Part shown: positions 1-8,696 of the stretch, one piece after another | Numbering within the stretch: position 1 is the stretch's first letter | Layout: every line of letters starts with the position of its first letter | Assembly (NCBI GenBank): GCA_043811375.1 | Contig: JBDRNJ010000052.1 | Span: forward strand, 1 to 38,600 | Length of the DNA: 38,600 bases | Direction of reading: 5' to 3' | Source: a bacterium | Lineage (GTDB): Bacteria; Zixibacteria; MSB-5A5; GN15; FEB-12 | Made by a program: the position numbers and the translations under genes | Notes under the pieces: model-generated | Seen by the model: the letters and a program-made list of their open reading frames with translations, nothing else | What the model was told of the DNA's origin: nothing | Databases searched by the model: none

Positions 1-111
1 CGCCAGAAGCTCTTTGCCTGGATTGAAACGAAGTATAACCGAACCCGTCGCCACTCGACACTCGGCCAGATAAGTCCTGTTGACTATGAACAAAAATTAT
101 TACATGCTTAG
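1..111 (+). CDS. IS3-family transposase OrfB, C-terminal fragment (partial)
   Basis: Manual translation; TAG stop at 109-111; YN..RRHSTLG.ISP motif. Confidence 0.85.
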   Translation, partial: RQKLFAWIETKYNRTRRHSTLGQISPVDYEQKLLHA

Positions 112-141
112 AAAACCGTCCACCAAAACGGGGGAAGATCA
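1..141 (+). mobile_element. IS3-family insertion sequence, 3' end (transposase C-terminus plus right terminal repeat); truncated by the window edge
   Basis: Frame 1 from base 1 reads RQKLFAWIETKYNRTRRHSTLGQISPVDYEQKLLHA*, matching the IS3-family integrase C-terminal motif (W/Y-I-E..YN..R.HS.LG..SP..YE). It is followed by ccgtccaccaaaacgggggaagatca, which ends in the IS3-typical ...CA at 141. Confidence 0.85.
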
Positions 142-149
142 GTTCCGAC

Positions 150-728
150 CTACGAACAACGATCCGCACCTGCGCCCAGCATCGCCTCGTGCAGGCGGTC
201 GTAGATGGGACCTTGCGGAGTCAATGTTGACTTGAACAGTGTGAGCCGGTCAAACGTAACCGGAGACTCTTCGAGTCTTAAATCCTGCATGTAATCGGTG
301 AGATTGCTCAACCCTGAGGGGTCTTTAACCCGTCCCAACGTCAGGTGGGCTTTGAATCCCCGCTTCTCCGGCTTGAAACGCAATTGCCGCACGGCCAGTT
401 CCAGTTGACGCGCGACTTTGCCGAGAAGTTCGGTGTTGTCACGCAGACCGGCCCAGATCACTCGTGGACGGGAGAGATTAGGAAACGCGCCCAGACGGTC
501 GATAACCGATTCTACCCGAGGGTGCCCGGCGGCCGTGTCGTCAATGAGAGATGACAGCCGCCCGACCAGGCCTTCCTCGGTGTCGCCGAGAAAGCGGGCG
601 GTCAGGTGGATATTGTGTGGCGCCACCCATTTCACGCGGCCACCCTGCTGCTTGAGTGAGTCGATAATACCGGCCAGTCGTTCGGTCACGTCAGGCGGCA
701 ACGGAAAGGCCATAAACAAGCGTATCAT
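150..728 (-). CDS. thpR: RNA 2',3'-cyclic phosphodiesterase (2H family, LigT/ThpR)
   Basis: MIRLFMAFPLP start; two HxT motifs (HLTARFLG, HLTLGR); FKSTLTPQGPIY tail. ATG at 728 overlaps the cinA stop (ATGA), so the ORF track's extension to 953 is spurious. Confidence 0.92.
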   Translation of the reverse strand: MIRLFMAFPLPPDVTERLAGIIDSLKQQGGRVKWVAPHNIHLTARFLGDTEEGLVGRLSSLIDDTAAGHPRVESVIDRLGAFPNLSRPRVIWAGLRDNTELLGKVARQLELAVRQLRFKPEKRGFKAHLTLGRVKDPSGLSNLTDYMQDLRLEESPVTFDRLTLFKSTLTPQGPIYDRLHEAMLGAGADRCS

Positions 729-1966
729 AGTATATCCAGAATCTCGCGGCGCAGGAACTCCAGGGCGGCATAAGCGGCGCGTGCCCGGTTGCTCTGGCGC
801 ATGGTGCCAAAGTTGAATTGTCGCACACCGGTTCCATGTGCCGATGACAGACCTATAAAAGTGGTGCCGACCGGCTTGTCGGGGCTGCCGCCCTCCGGCC
901 CGGCGATACCGGTGATGGAAAGAGCGTAGCTGCTGCCCAGCAGCCGACGACATCCGTCAGCCATCGCCTCCGCGCACGCTTCTGAGACAGCTCCGTGCTG
1001 TTCGATTATATCATGGTTGACCGACAGGAGTTTCTCCTTGACGTCATTGGCGTAGGCCAGAACTCCACCCCGGAAGTAGTCGGAGGAACCGGGAACGGAT
1101 GTGATTAACTGTCCCAGTTGACCGGCGGTGCAGGACTCGGCTACGGCCAGGGTCCTGTCATTGTCCTTCAGGAGCTGCCCGACCACGCCTTCAAGAGTAT
1201 CGTTTTCGCTGCCGTAGATGTACCGTCCGCAGGTCGACTGCAAGTACCGGGCAGCAGCCTGAGCCTTCCGCAGTGCTTCCTCCTCGTCTTCAGCAGTCGC
1301 CATGATCCTCAGGTCGATACCGCCGTAAGCAGGCAGGTAGGCCAGCCGCACGCCGGGTTCCAGTTTCAGACCGGGCGTGATTATCTCGGCCAGTTTTGAT
1401 TCGAAAATACCGGTGGTGCGCAGCTTGATCACTTTCAGGGACGGACCGGCTCTGATTCCACGCAGGTATTCCATGACGCTGTCGTTGAGTATCTGTTTCA
1501 TCTCGATGGGAACCCCCGGCAGGGAGATGAAAACCCGTCCCTTTTCGGCGATACAAATGCCCAGCGCCGAACCGGCCTGGTTGGGAAAGAACGTCGCCCC
1601 CTGGGGCAGCAGGGCCTGGTTCTGGTTGATGGCCGGCATCTTCAGACCGCGATCGGCGAAACGAGCCCGGATATCCTCCAGCACATCCTCATGAAAAATC
1701 AGGTTGCGCTTGAACACTTTGACAATCGCCTTCTTGGTGGCGTCATCATCGGTGGGACCGAGACCGCCGGTGGTGATGACGATCCGGCAGCGTTTGAGAG
1801 CCAGACGGAATGCGTCCGCCATGGCATCCACCGAGTCACCAACCGAACTAAGGTATCTGACCATCAGTCCGGCATCAGTCAGACAGCGGGCAATATACGA
1901 GGCGTTGGTATCGACTGTGTGGCCGGTTATGATCTCGTCACCGATAGTAATGATCTCGATATCCAT
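725..1966 (-). CDS. cinA: Competence/damage-inducible protein CinA (MoCF-like domain plus PncC NMN deamidase domain)
   Basis: EIITIGDEI...DTNA, TTGGLGPTDDD, LPGVP.EM, AESCTAG, HGAVSE, SITGIAGPEGG motifs. Start at 1966; 1978 and 2008 are alternatives. Confidence 0.93.
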   Translation of the reverse strand: MDIEIITIGDEIITGHTVDTNASYIARCLTDAGLMVRYLSSVGDSVDAMADAFRLALKRCRIVITTGGLGPTDDDATKKAIVKVFKRNLIFHEDVLEDIRARFADRGLKMPAINQNQALLPQGATFFPNQAGSALGICIAEKGRVFISLPGVPIEMKQILNDSVMEYLRGIRAGPSLKVIKLRTTGIFESKLAEIITPGLKLEPGVRLAYLPAYGGIDLRIMATAEDEEEALRKAQAAARYLQSTCGRYIYGSENDTLEGVVGQLLKDNDRTLAVAESCTAGQLGQLITSVPGSSDYFRGGVLAYANDVKEKLLSVNHDIIEQHGAVSEACAEAMADGCRRLLGSSYALSITGIAGPEGGSPDKPVGTTFIGLSSAHGTGVRQFNFGTMRQSNRARAAYAALEFLRREILDIL

Positions 1967-1997
1967 GGTAGTTTTCATTCCGACAACAGCAATCGGT

Positions 1998-2471
1998 TCA
2001 GCCGACATTGAGCCGAGCCATTATCAACAGGATCAACTGCGTCATCAGGTTGGCCTGTATTCCGGCTACAACATCGTCCATAGTTACACCCCAACCACCC
2101 GGCAACTTCTCCGCCTGGGCGGCCGGTGGCAGCTTTATTACATCAAATGCTCTGAAAGCGAAAAAAGCAATCAGATAGTTGGTAACCGAGAAAGGCACCA
2201 GCAGCAACGCCAGAAACATTCCGGCCCATTCGTCGATAACGATCTTGCGTGCGTCGTGACCTAACATCGTTTCTGCTCGGCCGGCCACCCAGATACTGAC
2301 GAACACGGTGGCCAACGCAACTGCCGTCAGAACAGCCGTGTTGCCCCCGATAAGGAAATAGGCAATCAGCCAGGCAGGAATCGTTCCGGCAGTTCCGGGC
2401 CAGAGCGGCCAGTATCCTGAGAAGCCGCCGGTGGCGACCGACTTGATCAGCAAGTTTCCCACACGTGACAT
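1998..2471 (-). CDS. pgpA: Phosphatidylglycerophosphatase A
   Basis: PGTAGT, HDARKIVIDEWAG, FRAFDVIKLPP, GGWGVTMDDVVAG motifs; lies between pgsA and cinA. Confidence 0.92.
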   Translation of the reverse strand: MSRVGNLLIKSVATGGFSGYWPLWPGTAGTIPAWLIAYFLIGGNTAVLTAVALATVFVSIWVAGRAETMLGHDARKIVIDEWAGMFLALLLVPFSVTNYLIAFFAFRAFDVIKLPPAAQAEKLPGGWGVTMDDVVAGIQANLMTQLILLIMARLNVG

Positions 2472-3058
2472 TACTTCAACACCGATTTAATCATGTAAAA
2501 ATATTTCACGACATAATGAATCCCGGTCAAAATGGTGACCGCTGCGGTCAACCACAACATAAGATTGAAGAAGAACGGATAGTCGAACTGAAGATACGGC
2601 AGAACCGGGCTGCTGAAGTGCTCCAGGGTTTTCACCAGGGTGATATACGCCAGCACCACCCCGACCACCGTCAGTTGCAGAAACGTCTTAACTTTTGCCC
2701 ACCAACTGGGCATGATGATGATCCCCCGGTAGGCTGCCAGCAGACGCACGCCAGTGATAAAAAACTCGCGGCCGATAATCAACATCACCGGCAACGGCGA
2801 AACATACCCCAGTGCTATAAATGAAATAAGTGCCGATGACACCAGTACCTTATCGGCCAGCGGGTCCATGAACTTACCGAAACCGGTGATGACGCCGTAC
2901 TTGCGGGCGTAATAGCCGTCCGCCAGATCGGTCAGGGCGGCAATTATGAACAGACCCAGTGAAATCAGCTGCATGTAGAAGTTGTCCTGGATGAACAAAT
3001 ACATGAAAACAGGGGCAATTATAATTCGCAGCAGGGTCAGTTTGTTGGGCGTGTTCAT
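2471..3058 (-). CDS. pgsA: CDP-diacylglycerol--glycerol-3-phosphate 3-phosphatidyltransferase
   Basis: MNTPNKLTLLR start; CDP-alcohol phosphotransferase motif DLADGYYAR...FGKFMDPLADK. Confidence 0.95.
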   Translation of the reverse strand: MNTPNKLTLLRIIIAPVFMYLFIQDNFYMQLISLGLFIIAALTDLADGYYARKYGVITGFGKFMDPLADKVLVSSALISFIALGYVSPLPVMLIIGREFFITGVRLLAAYRGIIIMPSWWAKVKTFLQLTVVGVVLAYITLVKTLEHFSSPVLPYLQFDYPFFFNLMLWLTAAVTILTGIHYVVKYFYMIKSVLK

Positions 3059-3264
3059 AGTCTGACAAGGTAGGCCGGTCGATCATCGGTGTCAATTGGG
3101 ATTTGATTGCTGCCTTCCGCACGCCCGGACAGAGTGTACCGAAAAGCAACGAATTCCACAACTCAATGATCAATCGGTGGGTGTTTTTTGTGTTGCCTGA
3201 TATGCGGCTGTCACCAATATTGCATCTGTACAAGAATGGCGACCACCCCGGAGCAGGCTTCGTT

Positions 3265-6213
3265 ATGACCGATAATCGGGACAACGACAAGACCCAAACC
3301 CACATCGCCCTGACTAAGGGGACGATGGTGTCGCATTACCGGATCATTGAGAAGATCGGCGCCGGTGGGATGGGTGAAGTCTATCTGTCCGAGGACACCA
3401 AGCTCAAGCGACAGGTCGCCCTCAAGTTCCTACCGCCGCAGTTTGCGGCCGATAAAGAGTTCAAGGCACGATTCACCCGCGAGGCGCAGGCAGCGGCAGC
3501 CTTGAAACATCCCAATATCGTTACCATATACGATGTCTCGGAATTCCAGGGGCGGCCGTTCTTTGCCATGGAGCATGTCGAGGGGCAATCGTTGGGTGAC
3601 CATATCAAGAACAACGAACTTGATCTCGACAGCATCATCGACCTGGCGCTCGGAATTTGCGGTGGTTTGTGTGAAGCCCATGAGGCTGGTGTCACCCATC
3701 GAGACATCAAACCGGCAAACATCATTCTGGACAAAAAGGGTCAGGCCAAGCTGGTCGATTTCGGACTGGCGGCAGTTCAGGGTGGTGAACAGTTGACGCA
3801 AACCGGTTCGACGCTGGGTACTATCGGTTACATGTCACTGGAGCAGGTGCTGGGCAAAGAGATTGATCACCGCAGTGACCTTTTCTCGCTCGGTGTCGTC
3901 CTGTATGAACTGATCACTAAACAAAACCCCTTCAAACGCGACAGTGAGGCGGCTACGCTCAAAGCAGTGAGTGATGATACACCCGAACCGCTGGCGCGCT
4001 ATAAAACGGATGTCCCGGACGACCTGCAACGGATCGTGTCGAAACTGCTGGAGAAAGACCCCCGATTTCGTTATCAAAGCGCGGCGGATGTTGTCAGTGA
4101 TCTCAAGCGTCTCAGGCGGGATTCGCAACCGGGCATGGTGCTTGAATCGGGCCGGGCGCCTTCACGTCGTATCAAACGATTCCTGGTCCCGGCACTGGTA
4201 CTGGTCGTTGCCGTTGCTGTTCTGGTGCTGAAGCCATGGAAGTTCGAGTTCCAACCGACCGAGGAAGCGGTGGCGGCTGAGAACCGACTGGCCATCATGT
4301 ATTTTGACAACCTGGCCGACCCGGAAGACAGCCTGAAACTGGGGGAGATCGCCACTAATCTTCTCATCGCTGATCTATCGGAATCGCAATATGTTCAGGT
4401 AGTATCAAGTCAGCGGCTGTATGACATACTCAAGCTGCTGGGCCGGGAGGGTGAGAAGAAGATCGCCCGAGACATGGCCACACAGATTGCCGAAAAAGCC
4501 CGGGCCAGATGGATGCTGTTGGGAAGCATCCTGCAGGTCGAACCGCAGATAATTGTAATGGCCCAACTGGTGGAGGTTGAATCGGGCAACGCGATAGCAT
4601 CGCAGCGGATAACCGGCAGCGAAAACGAGAATATCTTCGCCGTAATAGACAGCATGACACTGGAGATCAAGAGTGACCTGTCTTTACCGGTAGCAGCGCT
4701 GACCGAAGTTGATCGTCCGGTAGCCGATGTTACAACACATTCGCCTGAAGCCTATAGATATTACCTGGAAGGTGTTGACATAGGATACAAATTCTATATG
4801 GCAGAAGCTAAACAACTTTTTGAAAAAGCAGTAGAACTGGATTCAACCTTTGCCATGGCGTACTATCGCCTGGCCGGTCTGAGCAGTCGCGCTGAGAGAG
4901 AGGAGTACCGCCAAAAGGCGATGAAATACTCTGAGAAAGCCAGTCACAAAGAACGATTATATATACTGGGCTTCGATGCGTATCTATCAGGTGAGTTGGG
5001 GCATGCCCTGGAAATGCTCGAGGAGATTAATGATCGTTATCCGGATGACAAGGAGGCCTATTTCACTGCTGGCTATTTGTGTCAATACGGTCTGGGCGAC
5101 TTTCACAGGGCCATTGAGTATTTAAGAAAAGCGATCGAGGTCGATTCCCTCTACGGAGTTGCCTACAATTCACTGGCATACTCCTACAATGAGATCGGCA
5201 ATCTGGAGAGCTCTATCTGGGCTATCAACAAGTATATTGATCTGTCGCCGGGCGAAGCCAACCCCTACGATACTCGGGGTGAGCTATATGCCCTCAATGG
5301 CAAGCTGGAGAAAGCTATCGAATCATACGAAAAAGCCCTTGAGATCAGACCCGATTTTTACGCGTCGAGGCGCAAGCTGGCCTACATGTACCTCTTTGCC
5401 AGACGATATGACAAAGCGGAAGGACTCTATCGTGAGCTCTGTGCGGACAGCAATGCTGACAGGCGGTCCCTGGGAAGAAAACTCCTGTCATATATCCCCA
5501 TTTATCAGGGTAAGTTCAAGGAAGCCCTGACATTCCTGGATGATGCCATTGCGGCGGTTAGATTAGAACAGGATGATCCTGCCAGATGGAGTTTTCAATT
5601 CAAGAGAGCCGATATTTACCAGGCAAGAAACGAATTGAAAATGGCGCTTAAGGAAGTTGAAAAGATCGTCGAAAACTATGCCGTTATTCATCCGGATGAC
5701 TCCATTCGTTTTCGACATGTCTACGCCGTACTGCTGGCACAAAACGGTGATTCTGCAAAAGCCCAGAAGGAGGTCGAATCATTAAGGCTTAATATCGAAA
5801 AAAACGATCCATCAACTATGTGGGCATATTGGTATGCTGTTGGAAGTATTGAATTTTACAGGGGCGATTTTGAACAATCTGTTGTCAATCTTGAAAAAGC
5901 GGCAGAAGACGTGCAATATCTCCACGTGAATTATATGCTTGGCAGAGCCTATCTGATGTCAGGCAGGCTGGGTGAATCTGTAAGTCAGTTTGAAAAAACA
6001 ATTAATAGATATGATGCTGCGAGAATCAGTGTTGTTACTATGGCGGTTAAGATTCACTATTATCTTGGCCAGGCCTATGAAGCATCAGGTTGGAACGAAA
6101 AGGCGATTGAGCAATACGAGACCTTTCTTGACATCTGGAAAGACGCCGACGAGGGGATTGAATCGGTCGAAGACGCCCGGGCCAAATTGGCCCGGCTGAC
6201 AATCGGGTCGTGA
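3265..6213 (+). CDS. Membrane-anchored Hanks-type Ser/Thr protein kinase with a TolB-N/FlgO-like domain and TPR repeats
   Basis: IGAGGMGEVY, VALK, HRDIKPAN, DFGLA, DHRSDLFSLG; TM segment LVPALVLVVAVAVLVL; RLAIMYFDNL domain; many TPR helices. ATG at 3265 follows ggagcagg (ORF track start 3103 is less likely). Confidence 0.9.
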   Translation: MTDNRDNDKTQTHIALTKGTMVSHYRIIEKIGAGGMGEVYLSEDTKLKRQVALKFLPPQFAADKEFKARFTREAQAAAALKHPNIVTIYDVSEFQGRPFFAMEHVEGQSLGDHIKNNELDLDSIIDLALGICGGLCEAHEAGVTHRDIKPANIILDKKGQAKLVDFGLAAVQGGEQLTQTGSTLGTIGYMSLEQVLGKEIDHRSDLFSLGVVLYELITKQNPFKRDSEAATLKAVSDDTPEPLARYKTDVPDDLQRIVSKLLEKDPRFRYQSAADVVSDLKRLRRDSQPGMVLESGRAPSRRIKRFLVPALVLVVAVAVLVLKPWKFEFQPTEEAVAAENRLAIMYFDNLADPEDSLKLGEIATNLLIADLSESQYVQVVSSQRLYDILKLLGREGEKKIARDMATQIAEKARARWMLLGSILQVEPQIIVMAQLVEVESGNAIASQRITGSENENIFAVIDSMTLEIKSDLSLPVAALTEVDRPVADVTTHSPEAYRYYLEGVDIGYKFYMAEAKQLFEKAVELDSTFAMAYYRLAGLSSRAEREEYRQKAMKYSEKASHKERLYILGFDAYLSGELGHALEMLEEINDRYPDDKEAYFTAGYLCQYGLGDFHRAIEYLRKAIEVDSLYGVAYNSLAYSYNEIGNLESSIWAINKYIDLSPGEANPYDTRGELYALNGKLEKAIESYEKALEIRPDFYASRRKLAYMYLFARRYDKAEGLYRELCADSNADRRSLGRKLLSYIPIYQGKFKEALTFLDDAIAAVRLEQDDPARWSFQFKRADIYQARNELKMALKEVEKIVENYAVIHPDDSIRFRHVYAVLLAQNGDSAKAQKEVESLRLNIEKNDPSTMWAYWYAVGSIEFYRGDFEQSVVNLEKAAEDVQYLHVNYMLGRAYLMSGRLGESVSQFEKTINRYDAARISVVTMAVKIHYYLGQAYEASGWNEKAIEQYETFLDIWKDADEGIESVEDARAKLARLTIGS

Positions 6214-6487
6214 AGTCAATTCGTCAATTCACTTCACAATTCCGCTGTCACGGGTCGACTAATCTCATTGAAACGGCACGGAAAATCTTTATTTCATCTT
6301 CTCCGCAGAATCTTTCCTTCCCCGGCTGTTCAGTCGGTGCACACTGGATCTGATCGGGGTTATTAACCGGCAGAAATTCAAGCAGATAGGTTTTCTCCCA
6401 TAACATTTTTCCACCGGAGCAGTATTTGCTCTATCAACCGGCAGAAATATAGACAACAACGGGGAAAAACCCGAAGGGAGAGACCTG

Positions 6488-7231
6488 ATGAAAAAAATTC
6501 TGACAATTATACTGATTCCCAGCCTGATACTGCTGGCATTTGGGTGTGATAAAGAAAGAGTGGTCACTACCACCGAGTATGTTCATGATATCGAGTATGT
6601 CGAGGGGGCTTTGGACACTATCCTGCTTATTGATACCCTGATGCAGGTAGACACGATCTGGGGATCGGATTCTACCATCGTGTACGTACACGACACGGTT
6701 ATCAGAATCGACACCACCGTAGTCACGGAGTATGTGCACGACACTGTGACGGTTATTGACACGGTGACGATCTACCAGCAGGTTCACGACACGGTAACCA
6801 TAGTTGACACCGTTGTCAGCCAGGAATCTGAAGCGTATGTGCACTTCGCCTATGTCGCCCTGGAGGTGCAACTTGATCCCCAGGTGATCAATCTTATCTA
6901 CACCGAGTATGGATATACCGACGGCTGGATCACATACCTGTCGCTGGCGATGACCTACGTCGACAATCCGTCTTACGGCGTGTATGACATGTATGGCTAT
7001 ATCGACTACTGGACCCCGGACTGGTCCGGCTACGCACTTTTTGAATACTACTGGCGAGTTACCTATCAGGGAGGTGATCCCGCCGATCCCGCTAACTGGA
7101 GCCTGTCCGAGCCACCGGCCGGAACGGCACCATGGCCGGGCGGACTGCGGCCGGCGACCGATCAAGAAATGAAGGCTCCTCTGTCGGGGTTGAATCGGGG
7201 GATACAACTGCTCTCGCCCCAACAGCGTTAG
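6488..7231 (+). CDS. Predicted lipoprotein with a Val/Thr/Asp-rich (VHDTV) repeat stalk and an aromatic-rich C-terminal domain; function unknown
   Basis: MKK plus hydrophobic stretch plus lipobox LAFG-C20; SD-like gggag upstream; repeated DT motifs at aa 43-109. Confidence 0.8.
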   Translation: MKKILTIILIPSLILLAFGCDKERVVTTTEYVHDIEYVEGALDTILLIDTLMQVDTIWGSDSTIVYVHDTVIRIDTTVVTEYVHDTVTVIDTVTIYQQVHDTVTIVDTVVSQESEAYVHFAYVALEVQLDPQVINLIYTEYGYTDGWITYLSLAMTYVDNPSYGVYDMYGYIDYWTPDWSGYALFEYYWRVTYQGGDPADPANWSLSEPPAGTAPWPGGLRPATDQEMKAPLSGLNRGIQLLSPQQR

Positions 7232-7280
7232 TCGGCAACGGGTCGACCAGACAAGTAATACCCATTTCCCGTCAGCAGCA

Positions 7281-7318
7281 AGCATCCCCTGGCGCTCTTT
7301 ACAAAGCCGGGGGATGCT
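7281..7318 (+). terminator. Stem-loop downstream of the lipoprotein gene (possible terminator)
   Basis: agcatcccctggc / gccgggggatgct 13-bp stem with one G-U pair; only a weak U tract follows. Confidence 0.45.
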
Positions 7319-7386
7319 GATTATATTGGGCCAATATCAAAATGGCCCTAGGGCGGCATAATGCCGTCAAGCTGCTGGAGGTTGAC

Positions 7387-8487
7387 ATGGATCCCCGAAT
7401 AAAGAAACTGGCCAATGTGCTGGTCCACTACTCAATCAAACTGAAAAAAGGACAGCTTTTTCGGATAGAGGGTGAGATCGTCACCCGGCCGTTGATGCAG
7501 GCGGTTTTCGAGGAAGCGATCAAGGTTGGCGCTCATCCCTACACCGTCATCCGAATGCCGGAGATGGAGGAGATGTTTCTCAAACAAGGTAGTGACTCGC
7601 AGCTTAAGTACATCTCGCCCATCACGCGCTACGAGTTGGACAAGATGGATGCCCGTTTAGTAATAATGGGCAGCCAAAACACCCGCTACCTGTCCGGGGT
7701 CAATCCCGAGCGGCAGATGTTGCAACGTCGAGCCATGCGCCCGCTGATTGACCGCTGGTTCAAGCGGACGGCGGATGGTTCGATATCGTGGTGCGGAACG
7801 CTGTTCCCCACTGCCGCCGAAGCCCAGGAGAGTGACCTGTCGCTGTCCGACTACGAAGATTTCGTCTACCGGGCCTGTCACGTGCACGCCGGTGATCCGG
7901 TGGCACACTGGAAGAAAATCGCCAGAGAACAGGCACGACTGGTGAAGATTCTTAATCGCTTTGATCGCATCCATGTGCGCACACCCGATACTGACCTGAA
8001 ACTGCGCGTCAAGGGACGCCGGTGGGTCAACTGTGCCGGTACCGAGAACTTCCCGGACGGCGAAATTTTCACCAGTCCGCTGGAGAATTCGGCCGAGGGC
8101 TTTATTCGTTACAGTTTCCCGGCGGTATACATGGGGCGTGAGGTCGAGGACGTCCGGCTGGAATTCAAGAAGGGCAAAGTCGTGAAAGAGTCAGCCGCCA
8201 AAAATCGCCGCTACCTGACCAGTATGCTCAACACCGATCCCGGTGCCCGTCGTCTGGGTGAGTTTGCTATCGGTACCAATTACTCGATCAAACGCTTCTC
8301 GAAAAATATCCTGTTCGACGAGAAAATCGGCGGCACCTGCCACCTGGCGGTGGGGATGTCGATTCCGGAAGCCGGCGGCAAAAACAGAAGCTCGATTCAC
8401 TGGGACATGATCTGCGACCTGAAAAAGGACAGCGAAATCACCGCCGACGGCAAGGTGATCTACCGCAACGGTAAGTTTACGATCTGA
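7387..8487 (+). CDS. Aminopeptidase, peptidase family M29 (AmpS/aminopeptidase II type)
   Basis: MDPRIKKLANVLVHYS; NFPDGEIFTSP; LGEFAIGTN; LFDEKIGGTCHLAVG; NRSSIHWDMI; ggagg SD before ATG 7387. Confidence 0.92.
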   Translation: MDPRIKKLANVLVHYSIKLKKGQLFRIEGEIVTRPLMQAVFEEAIKVGAHPYTVIRMPEMEEMFLKQGSDSQLKYISPITRYELDKMDARLVIMGSQNTRYLSGVNPERQMLQRRAMRPLIDRWFKRTADGSISWCGTLFPTAAEAQESDLSLSDYEDFVYRACHVHAGDPVAHWKKIAREQARLVKILNRFDRIHVRTPDTDLKLRVKGRRWVNCAGTENFPDGEIFTSPLENSAEGFIRYSFPAVYMGREVEDVRLEFKKGKVVKESAAKNRRYLTSMLNTDPGARRLGEFAIGTNYSIKRFSKNILFDEKIGGTCHLAVGMSIPEAGGKNRSSIHWDMICDLKKDSEITADGKVIYRNGKFTI

Positions 8488-8696
8488 GTGGTGTTAAAAA
8501 CAGGGTCCTGCGAATTTGTGGCCGCTGTCGGGTAGGGTTGGCTGACGGCGGTGTCAGGTCGCCAAAAAACCACTTGTTGAACTTCCGGCCAATCTATAGC
8601 TTATCGGCAATCTTTCTGTGAATTTGTCCCCGAGTACATGATAGTGTTACAGGAAGGTGTTGGCGGTCACAACTTGATCTTGTCTGTGGAGGAAAC

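Noticed and set aside
3265..6213. Diversity-generating retroelement target in the TPR region
   Set aside because: No reverse transcriptase and no template/variable repeat pair with adenine-specific mismatches seen in the window.
6455..6487. ggggaaaaacccgaaggg as a possible c-di-GMP riboswitch
   Set aside because: Only a tiny hairpin overlapping the SD; the two-stem architecture is missing.
6560..6815. Recurring cacgacac units as a possible CRISPR array
   Set aside because: Short, degenerate, in-frame coding repeats (VHDTV); no constant 25-40 bp repeat with unique spacers and no cas genes.
6434..7285. 283-aa minus-strand ORF
   Set aside because: Opposite the lipoprotein, which has a lipobox and SD; no independent support.
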